Positions 34,804 through 48,056 of a stretch of 64,000 nt of DNA are shown in pieces. The first letter of the stretch is position 1. Each line of letters begins with the position of its first letter. The notes under the pieces are model-generated. The model was not told the origin of the DNA. It saw only the letters and a list, made by a program, of their open reading frames with translations, and did not search any database. Where the stretch lies: NCBI GenBank assembly GCA_964252035.1, contig OZ176204.1; one strand, written 5' to 3'. The DNA is from Podarcis erhardii. Taxonomy: Eukaryota. Made by a program: the position numbers and the translations under genes.

Positions 34804-36159
34804 ATGCGCAAGGATTATCCAGAAACTGAATTTTGTACATAGTGCCATGTTCTATCTGCACTTTTCCCATATTGCAGCAGAATTATGGTGCATTGTTGGA
34901 AAACCAGTGAGTGTTGGGCTGCTCTGGTTGTAGATTTAGCAGCAAAGCAGCAGGGTTACCCCTTCCAGCTGGATCTAGTCTTCGGGTTTCAGCTGCTAAG
35001 AAACAGAGAAAGGAAATGGAGACCAGATGAGCAATCTCCCCCATGCCTCCCTTTCTCTCTCTCCCTGAGATGATACATGAAAATACCAATTGAGTCGGTC
35101 AGCCTGCTTTAAATCATAGCAGGTTAAAAAAAAAACAACCCTAAAAAACTAAAAAAGAAAATGCTTGCTGTGAACAGCCCAAGTATGAAAAATGATTTGG
35201 CCTGCCCCCAGCAGATTTAGAGGCAAAACATACATCACCAGCAACCTCATGTGATGTATCTGTTGCTCGGCTGTGTGACCAAGCTGCAAGTTTCTGGTTT
35301 GTGTGTGTGCGTGTAAAATCTTCAAGTGTTTTCCCATCTGAAAAAACTTCTTGCACATCCAAAATTCACATGCCACGGAGAATGCTAGCCTAGCCTGTTA
35401 TTTTCAAGCAACTGTCTTGTTGTTTGTGACTGCAACTCCCCTCCTGCACAGCAACAGCAGGCTTTTTGTGTTGGTGTGTGCATGCCCGTGTGTGGGGTGG
35501 TTACTAGAGGTGTGTAAAATCGGTCCCTTTATTTTTACAGATATTTCTGCCGTCCTGTATACTGGTTGGCATTGCAAAAACAGATAGGTGAATTTTAAGC
35601 ATGTTGTGGGCGAATGTTATCTGGTCCTTTTTGCTGTGTTGCTGCATTGCGGCCAAGGTTTGTCTTAGCATGCTTTTAGGAGTCATGGATAAGTTCTGCA
35701 CCAGACAATAGGACCTGCATGTCTATGACTCACTTTAGCCTTTTTAACCACATTCACATATAGTAATGGGCACAACCACATTCCCAACAATTAATTCCTG
35801 TCTTGCTCTGAAATAGTTTGCAGTGCAGATAATGGAAGCATAAAGTCAAAGTTATCCTCACAATACTTTCTCTGTATCCATTTCCTCTCCAACTCACACA
35901 TATTCTGCCCTAGACACTAGCTGAATGACATTTGCATGCTCACACGCATATGACAACCACATGCAGACAATCTAACAAGTGACTGTGCTGCTTTGATAGT
36001 TTTGCTTATGCTTTTCTCTGTCCCTAAGCCCAGGGCACTGATTCTTTTTAACCTCTGAAGTTGGGGTGCTTATAGGCATTCCATAGCACCACACAGGGTG
36101 AGCCAATGGCTAAAGAGGTATCCTTTCAAAATACTGAAACCAGAGCTCATGCACTAGAG

Positions 36160-36342
36160 CAGGGCTGTCCAGCTTCCAAGAGACTGCGATCTGCAACCAC
36201 TATATTAAAAAACTGGCAGTGATCTATTGTTGGGCTTTTTTCAGGGAAGCCAAAGTTGTTGGGCTTTTTGGGGGGGGGGAGGATCCCGCAATCGACCAGG
36301 ACCTTGACCGGTAGATTGCGATCGACCTGTTGGACATCCTGG
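36160..36342. mobile_element. hAT non-autonomous element, TSD CACTAGAG
   Basis: Termini cagggctgtcca / tggacatcctg; TSD at 36152-36159 and 36343-36350; CpG-rich gatcgac...cgatcgac subterminus. Confidence 0.8.
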
Positions 36343-36744
36343 CACTAGAGGTTTTGAGCACTGTTCTGTGCCATCTTCTTTCCACATCTCTCACCTGCAG
36401 TAGTGTAGATACTCCCACCCTGGCTCTCAACCAGAGGAACCTTATGTCTACTATTATGGGCTCTCACTCCACATGGAAGCCAATGACTTCCCTTCCATAC
36501 TCTCCGATCAAGCAACATCCAGGGTGGGGGCCACAAACAAGGTCTTGAGGGTGGTGTCCTTAGCCTCATGGTGAGCTCCAAAGGTAAATTTATTTGTGCT
36601 TAAAGCCACATTGTAACTGCCACCGCTTCTTCTACACCAACACTTTACGTCAGCATAGTAATGCTACATTGTTGGCAAAGACCCAGTTGATGGCATGTCT
36701 CTTCAGTTCTCTTCCCAAATTACTGAAGTGAGTACTAATATGAG

Positions 36745-36925
36745 CTGTGAGCCAGGGTGTCTGTAGTTCATATCTCAGCTCAACCACAATCTGGCTGGGA
36801 GTCCCAGGTGAAGCACTATTCCCTTAGCCTCAACTACCAAATGCAAAATGGGAACAATGCAGTTCTGTTTGCAATTACTACTTGTGTTAATGCATGAGAA
36901 AACTATATGAAGCTGCTTTCTGATG
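36745..36925 (+). mobile_element. Old MIR/CORE-like SINE
   Basis: agttcatatctcagctc...ccttagcctcaactaccaaatgcaaaatgggaacaat resembles the CORE domain. Confidence 0.45.
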
Positions 36926-37213
36926 AGTTGAACCTTTGGTCCATTCCCCCCACCAATATCTATGCTGTCTGGCAGTGGCCCTCCAAGTTCTCAGGCACAA
37001 TATTTCCCCCAGCTCTACCTGATCCCACTTTCACAGGGAATACCAAGGATTCAACTTGGGGTGTTCTGCATGGAAAACATTTCATGGTCCTCCACTATGA
37101 TATAGCCTTTCAGCATTGTGTTTTGAACACTTGAAAAGTGCCACAGAAATGTTCTGTGTTATGTATGGAGAAGCACTCGCCACTCAACACAGGCAGTCCA
37201 AATCTCTAGATAA

Positions 37214-37237
37214 GGATGGATGGATGGATGGATAGAT

Positions 37238-37269
<32 letters not shown>
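37214..37269. repeat. Compound (GGAT)n(AGAT)n microsatellite
   Basis: Read directly. Confidence 0.95.
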
Positions 37270-37271
<2 letters not shown>

Positions 37272-38168
37272 TAAAGTGCATTATCAAGTCAGCATCTGGC
37301 TTTAGAAGAAGATGTCATTCCCCCAGCATCATAAATGTGGTCACTTTCTGTATTGGGTTGACCCTCGGCTTCAGGGAGTGGTTCTGCATAGTCCTGAAAT
37401 GAAGAAATGTACATCAAATTGGGGATGGTCCCGCCAATTGGCTTGCTCTCAGACTTTTTGCTGCCAGCTACACTTTCTGCTTTGGATAAAGAGAGGGCTG
37501 TACTTGTCATACGTCTGCTTTATACAAGCACTGGATTCCGTTTACTGTGAATGATGTAGCAAAGTTCTAAAATGACAAGGAATGGTAACTTGGCTGCAGG
37601 TACCTTTCTGTCCCAAGGGAGCCTGCAAGGTTCACTCTTTGTTGGTGATCTTTCCTGGTTACACTGTTGCTATGGTTGTAATGATATCACCCCAAACCAG
37701 CAAGGAAGATCTGCCCACACAATGAAGCAACTGATGCTGCGGGCCACTGATGCAGCTATGCATCTGCAACAATGTGCAGATTATATGCATTGACTCCCAC
37801 AGAGATGGCTGAATGAATCTCATTATGAATTAGGCATCCTTCGCCAGGCAGTCAGAGCACTTGACTGAACACACGGAGTGCCTTATATTGAACCAAAGGC
37901 ACTTTCCGACCTAACCCAACAGCTCTTCAATATGTCAGTTGTTTGCATCACTGCTGCCCCCCCCCCAACAAGTCCTCATGAAAATCCAGCATAACTTTAT
38001 TGCAGAGTTCTCCTGATATACATCTCTTCAAATGCAACTTGATCCAATATGCACATTTTCTACAAAGGAATTTCACCTTATAGAATACATTTTATCAGTG
38101 CTTCTTTTTCCTATAAAAATAGGTACTGTTACTCACCATGAAATTGTTACAGTAAGTGTCACACTTTT

Positions 38169-38205
38169 AAACAAACAAACAAACAAAAACAAACAAACAA
38201 ACAAA
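38169..38205. repeat. (AAAC)n microsatellite
   Basis: Read directly; another copy lies at 58307-58330. Confidence 0.9.
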
Positions 38206-38380
38206 GGTGCTGGTACTGTGTACCCTTGAGTATGCACATGGCGTATATGTATTTTTGCACACGTTTTCTTTACTGGAAAACTGCATTGCAAAATTCAGAG
38301 AAGAGAGAATTTCAAAGTGTGGTGCTCTGTATGGGTCGACATCCTGTTTCACAAAGTGTGTAAGCTTAAGGGTATCAAAG

Positions 38381-38915
38381 AATTGTAGAGCTGGAAGAGA
38401 TCGTGAGGGTCATCTGGTCTAACCCCCTGCAATGCAGGAATCTGAACTAAAAGGTAAAAAAGAAAGGTAAAGGACCCCTGGACGGTCAAGTCCAGTCAAA
38501 GGTGACTATGGGGTGAGGCACTTATCTCACTTTCGGGCCAAGGGAGCCGGTGTTTGTCCACAGACAGCTTTTGAGGTCATGTTGCCAGCATGACTAAACC
38601 GCCTCTGGCGCAACGGAACACCATAATGGAAACCAGAGCACATGGAAATGCTGTTTGCCTTCCTGCCGCAGCGGTACCTGTTTATCTACTTGCACTGGCA
38701 TATTGAAGAACTACTAGGTTGGCAGAAGCTGGGACAGAGCAATGGGAGCTCACCCCGTCACGGCGATTTGAACTACCGACCTTCTGATCGGCAAGCCCAA
38801 GAGGCTCAGTGGTTTACACCACAATGCCACCTGTGTCCTTCAGGAATCTCAACTAAAGCATCCATGACAGATGGCCATCCAACCTCTGCTTAAAAACCTC
38901 CAATGAAGGAATCCC
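38381..38915 (-). mobile_element. CR1 3' fragment split by a Sauria SINE
   Basis: The halves 38381-38451 and 38841-38915 join into the same sequence seen at 403 and 50984. Confidence 0.8.
38452..38840 (-). mobile_element. Sauria SINE with a 17-bp TSD
   Basis: (AAAGGT)n tail on the + strand; TSD caggaatct(g/c)aactaaa at 38435-38451 and 38841-38857. Confidence 0.9.
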
Positions 38916-39470
38916 AGGTACATCACCACTGTGACAAACACATTTGAAGAACACTCCCTTTCCCCTATGGCAGCAATCAGGGCCAACTTCAAAAATCTAT
39001 TTATCCCCCACTTAACACAACAGATGACGATAAACCTGTCCCAGTTGCACAGAAGAAAGAACAGCATATTCTAAGACATGATATTGATTGTGACACCTAC
39101 TAGCTAGTCAAGAACATGGTGAACTTTCTTAATGGGGCTGAGGAGAGCAGGAGGACAGCAGTTGGCTTCAGCCATCCAATGCTTTTACAGAGGTGTTTTT
39201 GTTTTTTTGTTTTATACAAAAGGGTTCTAGCTGTACTTTAAACTTAATCCACTTAAACTTGTTTCTTGATAAGTGATTACAGCTCCCCTTCTGTTTCTTC
39301 TCCTCCTCCTTGAAACTCAAAAGCAACAGTCAAATGAATACATAATTAAAATTCCAACCAATATTTGCAAGATGAAAATAGATGTCAGGGCCTTGATTCA
39401 GGAACGTCATGGTCTAGAGCTGCAACTGAGCCAGAGACAGGGTGTGCTCAAGTCTCAAAACCCTTCTCCC

Positions 39471-39580
39471 GGCACAGTGTGGTGCAGTGCTTAGAGTCCT
39501 GGACTAGGACTGGGGGAGATTCTGGGTTCAAATTTCCATTCAGACCATGAAGCTCTCACTGGGTGACCTTGAGCCAGTCC
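39471..39580 (+). mobile_element. tRNA-derived SINE head
   Basis: gtgtggtgcagtgcttagagtcctggactagg...gggttcaaatttcc...cactgggtgaccttgagccagtc. Confidence 0.6.
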
Positions 39581-39629
39581 CTTTTTGAGCATGACCTGTG
39601 GCAGGGCCTTTCAGGGGCCATTGTGGAAT

Positions 39630-39862
39630 GCTGACTCTCATCCGTCATTACTGATATTCAGGAGGCATTTGAAAACATTCCTATTTACCCAGGCATTTGA
39701 TGGCTGAAGAACACTTATCCTAGCAACCCTGAGATCACTGAATGAGATAATGTTTTTAGCTGCTTTCAGAATGCTTTTTGAAAAATGGTTGTGGATGAGT
39801 TTGCTGCCCTGGGCTCCTTTGAGAGAAAGGGTGGGATATAAATTCAATAATTAATAATAATA
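39630..39862 (+). mobile_element. L2 LINE 3' end
   Basis: ttcaggaggcatttgaaaacattcctatttacccaggcattt...gctgccctgggctcctttgagagaaagggtgggatataaat plus an (AAT)n tail. Confidence 0.65.
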
Positions 39863-42800
39863 ATTTTTGTACACATTACAGGACCGGGGAATGCCACTGC
39901 CAAAATTGGAAAAGTGCAAACTACAAAGGATGGGTTTGTTTCAGTTTGTGGATTGTTTTAGAAAGTGTGAATTAGGTAGGTTTGGCTTTAAATGCGGACT
40001 GAATTGAATTACCCCACCTTCCCTAACAGGCTCCAGGGTCAGCAGGGGACCCTTGCTGGAGTGTGGACCTCAGGAGAAGCCCAGAAAATGCAAATCCCTG
40101 GGATCAGCTCTGACTTCAGCTTGCCAAATTGAGTTTAAAACAACGACAACACCCTGTTTATATATCACAGATCAGTATGCGGAGAAATAAGCTGTCATAC
40201 ATATTTAACATGAAGGATCATGCGATCTTTTTATTTGGTCTGCTATCTTATTGTTGTTCGGTTTCCTGCCCAAGTGATAAGGGTCTCATGGCTGCAGTGA
40301 TAAGAGTGAAAATATGATGGCAAAAATGTGAAAGACAGTGCAAAGGAAACCCACACACCACCAGCTGCCAATGCAATCTCTTCCACTATTAGCTGACACC
40401 AGGCTATAGATGTGCACGCCTCCTGCACAACTTTCCCTTTTGTTTACAATTGGGTGCTATGAGTTGAGTGCTGAAGAAGCGCATGCACAGGCACCTCTGG
40501 CTCGTTTCCCAGTGACGCAAGCCAGAGACATTGTAAACAAGCGCTATCACGGGAACCTGGGCAGTGTCATCTGCAGTTGGCTCATGGCACTTGATAGCAA
40601 AACTCAAAGGGAAATATTAGGCTTTATCCACATCTACTGCCTGCGCAACTTTCCTACACAATATGCCTTCTGGGTATGAACTGGGGTGGTGGCAAATCAT
40701 ACCATGCAAATTAATCTTTGGCAAATCATACCATGCAAATTTGCTCTGTCCCTGCATCTTCTTCTTGTCAAATTCAAGAGGTCTTGAACTGGAGACCCAG
40801 GTGACATCTCAGTGGATTATTCTCCCATGGAAACTTGCCCATCAGGGGTTGCTTGATACACTAAAGTTCCACCTGGTCTTGTAAACCTTTTCGGCTCCTC
40901 AGTCTGAGCTATTTATCACTTTGGTACTTCCCATCCTTGTTTACTAGTATAGCTGCCTGCCTGCTTGATAACCACTTGCCTCCAGACTACTACCGTGACA
41001 ATAACGTACTAATGTAGTTCGCAGTGCCAAGACCCTTCCCAGTTCCTGCCTCTGAGTTACAATGAGGCCATTTATTCTAACTCGACGCTAGAAGCAGAAA
41101 ACAAGCTCATGAGCACGAAGGATCTTGGCCCCTCCTAGAAAAAAACAGGTTATACCTGACAGAGAACAGGCCACTGGAAACTGTCATCATGAGATGCCAT
41201 TTCTCTTTTAATGTCTGCAGAGGTACCAGAAGCAGTTCTGTTGTTCATGTGAATGCTATGCAGAGTGTCGTTGAAAGCCTCTGCAAAGCTCCCTGCAGCA
41301 ATAGCAAATCAGAAAGATACCAGGGATGGGGGCGAAGGAGCAGACAGTTGGAGGGATGAAAGGTTACGTCTCCCTCCTGCTTTGCTCTTTTTCCTATCCC
41401 ACTTTCCCCTTTTCATTTTCCACAACCTGCTCCCTGAATCACAAACAAAGGCCAGGTGTTTGCCCTGTATTGCTCTGCTAGTCTTAATGGAGTCACACAG
41501 GGAGTTGATTTGCACCCCAAATATTAGTGCACCCCTTTCCCCCGTTGAAATCAACCCCCCATCTTCCACCAGCTGTCACATCAATAGAACTCTTATTCCA
41601 CTGGAATGCTCTGGCCTCTCAGGGGTAGGTGCTGGTAATACAAGTGGTAATAATATGACTGTAGGTAGGATCTCTGGCCTAAGGTGGACAGGTTGCATCA
41701 GGAGTGGGAAAGGCTCATTGGGAGCCACATTCCCTCACTGGTAGCCTTCTGGGCACTGCATGTTCGTTGCGGGTGGGGCCAGAGGAAAAAGTGGGGGTGT
41801 GACTCATTCGAAAGCCAGAGGTTTGTCCCCCAAGCTGGAGGCCTCTCCCGCCCCGCCCCCCTTGGACTACATGCCTATCTGGAGGAAGGTAGAATGAGTC
41901 TTGCCTTCAGAAATCCTTGAGAAAGAAAAATAACAATTACTTCTTCTTTTTTCAGTTAGAGGTCTCTTTTCCCCCTTTAAACTATAGAATCAAAGAGATT
42001 CAGTGAGTTCAGAGCCTTGCCTCAAAACCAGATAACTTGTTCATCATATGAAATGCCTGAAGGCACATCACTGCAACTCATCAGGTTTGGCCTGATAGAA
42101 CTGCCTGGATCCAAGGCCACCCAGGAATCCTGTGTAAGCTGCCTTGAGGCATTTGAAGGAATAGTGGGGCATGTATGTATGAATAAATAAATTTATAAAT
42201 TTATAAATTTATAAATAAATATGAAATACATTTCCAATCTGCTATAGCTCATTTTTATAAACCTAATGGTTTTATTTTGGTTAGCATTAATACGTGTATA
42301 TCGAGAAAAGATCCAGCAGATTCACTAAGTGTAGCACAAGAATTATGTATATAATATGTGATAAATATAAATTGATTCTAATGGCAAACATGATCCACTG
42401 TGACAGCAAAGACAGGAGTAAAGACAAGGGAAAGGACACATGCTGCTTGCTCTCTCAGTTTTTCTTAGCACTTGAGGCCCAAGGAGAATTACATCTGAAT
42501 CCAATCCGGTATCATACCCTATCGTCTGCTGAATTATTGGCACAACATTACCCAATCTCTCTCAATGGATGATATGCAGTGTCGTGTAAGTGTAAGAGTC
42601 TCGCCACATGAACTTCCTCAGTCTGCTCCACAGGGTCTCCCAGCCCTCTGGAGAAGATTTCGGGGACTTCTAGGTGGCTGCAGCAGAGAGGAGAAGAGGT
42701 GAAATCTCACTGCACACATATAAATTCACTGCATGAGCAGTGATCCAATTGGATGCCACCCTCTGGCTGTGGAAGGCCAATAGCAATGAAAAGACCTAGC

Positions 42801-43199
42801 AGATTACTTCTCATATACCCAGCTTTTGTCAGAGCACTGATATGGTCTTTAAAAGCATAACTGGCAAATGCCACCTGTAAAAACATTTTTAACAGTTCAC
42901 TTTAAATTGGTGGCAAAAATTTCTTGTTCCCTCAAGCAGTGTTTTTCGTTGTTTTTTTTTTGTTTTTTTTTTTTTGAAAAATAGGTGAACAAGTGTGGAG
43001 TGAACCATTCTTCACTCACCATCAAGTTGTTACCATAAGTGTCACACTTTTTAACAACAACAAAAAAAGAGGTCATAAGCAATTGTTTCCAAATCCATTA
43101 ACAAACTATTCTATTAAAATAAAATATTGCATTCAAAGCTTCAATTTTAATTAGCATTTTAACTAGTCTTATTTGCATATATTGAGAAAGGCATAAAAT

Positions 43200-43620
43200 T
43201 GCCATCAATTTTCTGAGTGATATCTTGATATTATTACTTAAGAACTTATCTTGTTTTCAGAAAAATCATATCCCCAATTCTTGAAATCACCCATTTGATC
43301 ATTCCAATTAAACTTTTTATTATACAATATGGATATTAATGCATTTTAACATCTATTCAGGTACTTGACATATAAAAATATTTGGTTTCAGAACTCTTGG
43401 CGTACTTTCTTATTGATCCACAACAGCATTAGGAGCAGTCTATAAAATTATTTCACCTCATCTCATGTCAAGAGCTGGTGTTATTTGTCCATAGCAATAC
43501 TAGATCTACTCCAAATTCTCTCTCTTACTACAATCCACCATAAGAACATAGCTAAATGAAAATATATTGTACAAGTCAGTTGTAAACGAGATTTCTAAAT
43601 ATTTAATTGGGGTAGACAGT
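43200..43620 (-). mobile_element. Highly decayed L1/Tx1-like RT fragment
   Basis: Minus frame ...PIKYLEISFTTDLYNIFSFSY... resembles the RT motif IKYLGI...DL..L...NY; the region is very AT-rich. Confidence 0.35.
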
Positions 43621-43826
43621 TGTGGCATTTGAAAAAGCTTTTTTGGATATTTTCCCCCAGGACAAGAATGCTTATTCCTAATAGTTTAGATCTGGTTTCT
43701 GCTGTAATCTAAATTGGAACAAACCATAAGAGAATATCAAAGCTAGCAGCTGAAGACATAGCTGGATCCTGAATGTCAATGGTCACTTAGTCTACATATT
43801 AATATTATAGTTTACACACCTAAGTA

Positions 43827-43995
43827 CCGTATTTTTCACTCTATAACACGCACCTGGCCATAACACGCACATAGTTTTTAGAGGAGGAAAATCTGTAGGC
43901 ATGCCACCCGTAGGCATTCCCTCCATAACACGCACAGACATTTCCCCTTACTTTTTACGAGGAAAAAAGTGAGTGTTATGGTGCAAAAAATACCG
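43827..43995. mobile_element. Tc1/mariner-superfamily (Tigger/Tc2-like) MITE with TA TSD
   Basis: TA-CCGTATTTTTCACTCTATAACACGCAC...GAGTGTTATGGTGCAAAAAATACCG-TA; internal ataacacgcac repeats. Confidence 0.75.
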
Positions 43996-46129
43996 TAATA
44001 TGTATATCACATACCTGACTTTCAATCAGCCCAGGTTTCTTGGGAGTGATCAGCTCTGGGTAATTAAGAAATCATACCCCACCCACACTTGTCTAATAAG
44101 ACGTATGACTTTAACCATTCTGGATCCTGGAAGAGTTTCATGTGAATATAGAAACTGTCACAACATCTTTGCAATGCAATCCGCACTTCTATGAGTCTGA
44201 GCATGGCTTTCATGTTCAGAGAGCAGGCCTACAGTTTCCAGGTCATCCCTAGTGCTAAGTTTACTCTTCCTGGCTTTGTGTTTTCAAGCACTGTTTCATT
44301 CCATGTCTCGCAGACCCAATTCTAATCAACCCTGTTTCTTTGTGTAAAAAAAAAAAAAAAGGAAGCAAACAAACACAAGCCCTGCTATGGTTCCGGACAC
44401 TCTTGCTGAGCCAGCATTCCGGATTTCTTGGGCTCACACTACTCTTTTGCAAGTGCAGCTGTCCCCTTTCTATAGGTTCCCACTGTTTAACAAAAATAAT
44501 AATGATGAAAAGGCTTAGAAGGAAACTGTCAAAGTAACAGGTGTGCTCTGAAGTGAGAAACTTGGCTGCAGACAATCCACTGAGTGTTTGTGGGTGTGAG
44601 TGTGCACACCAGGTCTTGTGTTGAGCTCTCTCCAAGGCCTTCAAGGGCCTCCTTGTCAGAGCAGAGTCTCATCAGGCTGACTCCCTTTCTGCACTGTTTC
44701 TCATCCAGCTCTGGCCAGAATAATTCCTCATTCTACCCCCTCTCCCCAACTTTGACCCCCCGTGCCACACAGAAATGTCATCCATTATTCTGTACCACTG
44801 GTGTTTGTCAAACTAACAGGAACAAAGAGAGCATTCATTTAACCAGGAGGCAAGGGGGGGGTGTTGTATGAGAGTGAGAGAGCAACAGAGGAAGAGAGAG
44901 AAAATTATCAAATTTTGAACACTAAAAGAGATGTCATTTGTCTTGGAAACTTGACTGGATTTATAAGACAGCAAAGTGTGTGAGATGATGACGAGGCACT
45001 CTTAGATTTAGTTCTTTAGAGTATCCACCCAAATTATTTACCACCCATGGTTCCCAAGTTGCCACTTGGGTATCACCTTGAATTATTATTTGGCACATTC
45101 TCTCAAATTCAAAACACATCATGCTGTATAACATGAACTCAATTATGCCTGCGAAACTCCTGTAAGATTAGCATGGGCTAAAAGTGACTTGTCTGAAGGC
45201 TGAACAAGACATCATGCTCAGTGTGGGTCTGCTATTGAAAACCAAAGTGCTGTGCTGAGGTCTCACCACTATGGCCTTAACATATATTATAGGAACATGT
45301 ACCTGGGCTGTGCTGCCACAAAATTGTGCATTTTCTTGTTAACTAGCTACCACTGGTGATAGGAGAGACACACAGTGTGATGATGTCATGATGTCAAGCA
45401 AGTACCTCCAAGCTGCACAGGAGAAGAGAGGAGTGTAACATGCAGCTCCTTTCTCACATCACCTAGTGAGTTTTCTGGCCGACATGACATTTGAACCAGG
45501 GTCCCCCTAACTCTTAACACTTCTCCAGCAGCTCTTGACAAATCTTGGCCACAATTTCATTCCATGGCAAAGCTTTGCTAAGTATATGCACTCTTTTTAA
45601 AGTGAGAGGTTGTTCGAAACACAACATGAAAAGAAATTCCCCTTTGTCACAGCTGCTCTAGCAAAGACTCCTTTCTGCTGGCTGTCTCCCCGCCCTCGTC
45701 CTTTACACCCAGTATATGTGCAGTGACAAACTGGTGAAGTGGTCTGCTACACGGAAACACCAGCTGCAAGAAGTTCCACCTACCGTCTCCTCTGTCACTG
45801 CACTATGGCACATAGAGGCATGGCCTGGCAAATTTGAATCCCTCCAAGTGCTAAGGGGAGCAAACAAGTGGGCTCTTTTTTTAATCCTCAAAATGAGCCA
45901 CTGAGTGGCTTCAGGTGTGACTTGTCCAAGGTTGCCCAGTGAGCTTCATGGGTGAGTGGGGACTTGACTTACGCACATGTTTCCCTAACCTAAGATGGAA
46001 TGCTATACACTGCTGCACTGGCTATCACCAACCAAGATAGAGAAGATATGTTGTCAAGGTTCTAAACAACCAGGGCTGTCCAGCTTTCCACTTAAGAAGT
46101 GTAATATGTAGCTCGGTTCTATTTTTCCT

Positions 46130-46186
46130 AGAATCACAGAATTGTATAATTGGAAGGGACCTTGAGGGTTTTCTAGTCCAACCCCC
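46130..46186 (-). mobile_element. CR1 tail fragment
   Basis: agaatcacagaattgtataattggaagggaccttgagggttttctagtccaacccc. Confidence 0.65.
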
Positions 46187-46989
46187 TCTTTGGTACTATA
46201 TTGTCGATTTCATGACCACAGTGACACCCTAATGAGTTTCTCCGACAGTTGCATTCAGCTTTCTTTGGCAAAGAATGAAGGGTGGGAGAAAGCAAAGCTT
46301 AATTGGAATTATGAACAAACTACAACCCGCATCTTAGATTAGCCATTAGCGGCTGCAGAGTAAATGGCTTGCGGCCGAGACTCCTGGAGGAGGTTTTCCC
46401 TCCAGCTATCCCTATTTATTGGTTCAGCCTAATATCTCTCTCTTCAAGAAAAAAAAAAAAAAACAAGCTGTAAAAATGTATGCAAAATTCACATCACACT
46501 TCATTTTGAAAAGAAACATGCTCCAGCTGTTGTCAGATGTTAGCCAACAACACAGATGAAATCATGGCCTACCAATGTCATTGGGAATGTTTCCATCAAC
46601 TTAAGCAGAGCAAGAGCGTCATGCTCAGATTTGTATTGGAGCGCCATGCAGATTTATACTGGAGGACTCATACTCTCTCCCCCATGACCTGTGCACCTGC
46701 AGGGGGGCAAAAGGGGCAGTTTCTTCCTCTCCTGGATCAGCCTTAATCCTCAAATTCCTTTCTTTCTTTCTAGTAACTAGCACTTGTGGAGCTCAAGATA
46801 TGAGGCAAAACAGGCAAGCACTATTTTCATTTGTTTTGTGAGAAACTAGCTTGTTCCTGTCTTTTGGTGTTTTTAAGCCAATGAATGAAATCATAGCAGT
46901 GACTGACATTTAGGAAAGCAGATCTATTGAATTAGAAAAAAAGGCCAGAGGGAAACAGAGACATTGTTTAGACTGTAGAGGTGGTCTTT

Positions 46990-47230
46990 TCCCAAAGAGG
47001 AAAGGTTATGACGCTGAAGCTTTCTAGTCTAGAGAAAAGGTAAGTAAGAAGAGACACAATAGAGGTGTTTAAAATTAAGAACGGCGTGGAGAAAGTAGAT
47101 AGAGGAAAGTTTTTCTCCCTCTCTCATAACATTCATGGACAGCCAATGAATCTGAATTTTGGAAGATGCAGGACAGATGCAGCATGTAGCTAAACCAAAT
47201 AAACTATGTTATTCGTTCCCACAAGAGGCA
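46990..47230 (+). mobile_element. CR1 ORF2 3' fragment
   Basis: tttctagtctagagaaaaggtaagtaagaagagacacaatagaggtgtttaaaatt...ggagaaagtagatagaggaaagtttttctccctctctcataac is typical of the CR1 RT end. Confidence 0.65.
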
Positions 47231-47814
47231 ATGACATGCACATAGCTGTCTACTCCACACTTATTGAAAACAGTGTTCTTTCTTAATTTAAATTTTCACA
47301 TTAATCGCCTTGAGGGATCTGTTGGTTAGTTTTTAGAATCACCCATATTTATTTATTAGGAATGGATTTTTGCACATACACATGCATGTTTCCATAGGAC
47401 CATTATTTGCATATGTTTATGAAGAAAAGAAGTGATTTCCTCTTTAAAAAATAAGAATGGGCCACCTCTCTGCTTGATAGTATGTACATCATAAGATGAT
47501 ACAATCAGTTTATGTAAAAATGCTAAAATCAATATTAAAAACCATACTATCAGATCAAAACAATGATGCACGACTGTAGAAAAATTGTGCCAAAATCCCT
47601 TGGCTGAATCTTTCTGGGCTTCTTTGTTCTAGTGACTCAGCCCCAGCCTTCATTTGATGACCTTCGATTGCCTAATTGCCTGTTGAGGCTATCTGGCAAG
47701 TCTCCTCGGACCCAGGCAGGTTTCACACTAGAAGTACTAGGCTCTCAGATAGTTGGGCTACTGGTAGAGACCACTAGGATGCTTATATTTGCTTGGCTCT
47801 ACATTCACCCTTCC

Positions 47815-48056
47815 GTGCCAACCTAACAGTTCGAAATCACGTCAAAGTGCAAGTAGATAAATAGGTACCGCTCCTGTGGGAAGGTAAACGGCATTTCCGT
47901 GTGCTGCTCTGGTTCGCCAGAAGCGACATAGTCCTGCTGGCCACATGACCTGGAAGCTGTACGCCGGCTCCCTCGGCCAATAAAGTGAGATGAGCACCGC
48001 AACCCCAGAGTCGGTCATGACTGGACCTAATGGTCAGGGGTCCCTTTACCTTTACT
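47815..48056 (+). mobile_element. 5'-truncated Sauria SINE
   Basis: gccaacctaacagttcgaaa...gtgcaagtagataaataggtacc...ggtcaggggtccctttacctttac. Confidence 0.85.

Noticed and set aside
41253-41744. 163-aa ORF; likewise 54329-54793 (154 aa), 23188-23598 (136 aa) and 33181-33543 (120 aa)
   Set aside because: No homology recognised; composition resembles random or repeat-derived translation; all lie within an intron.
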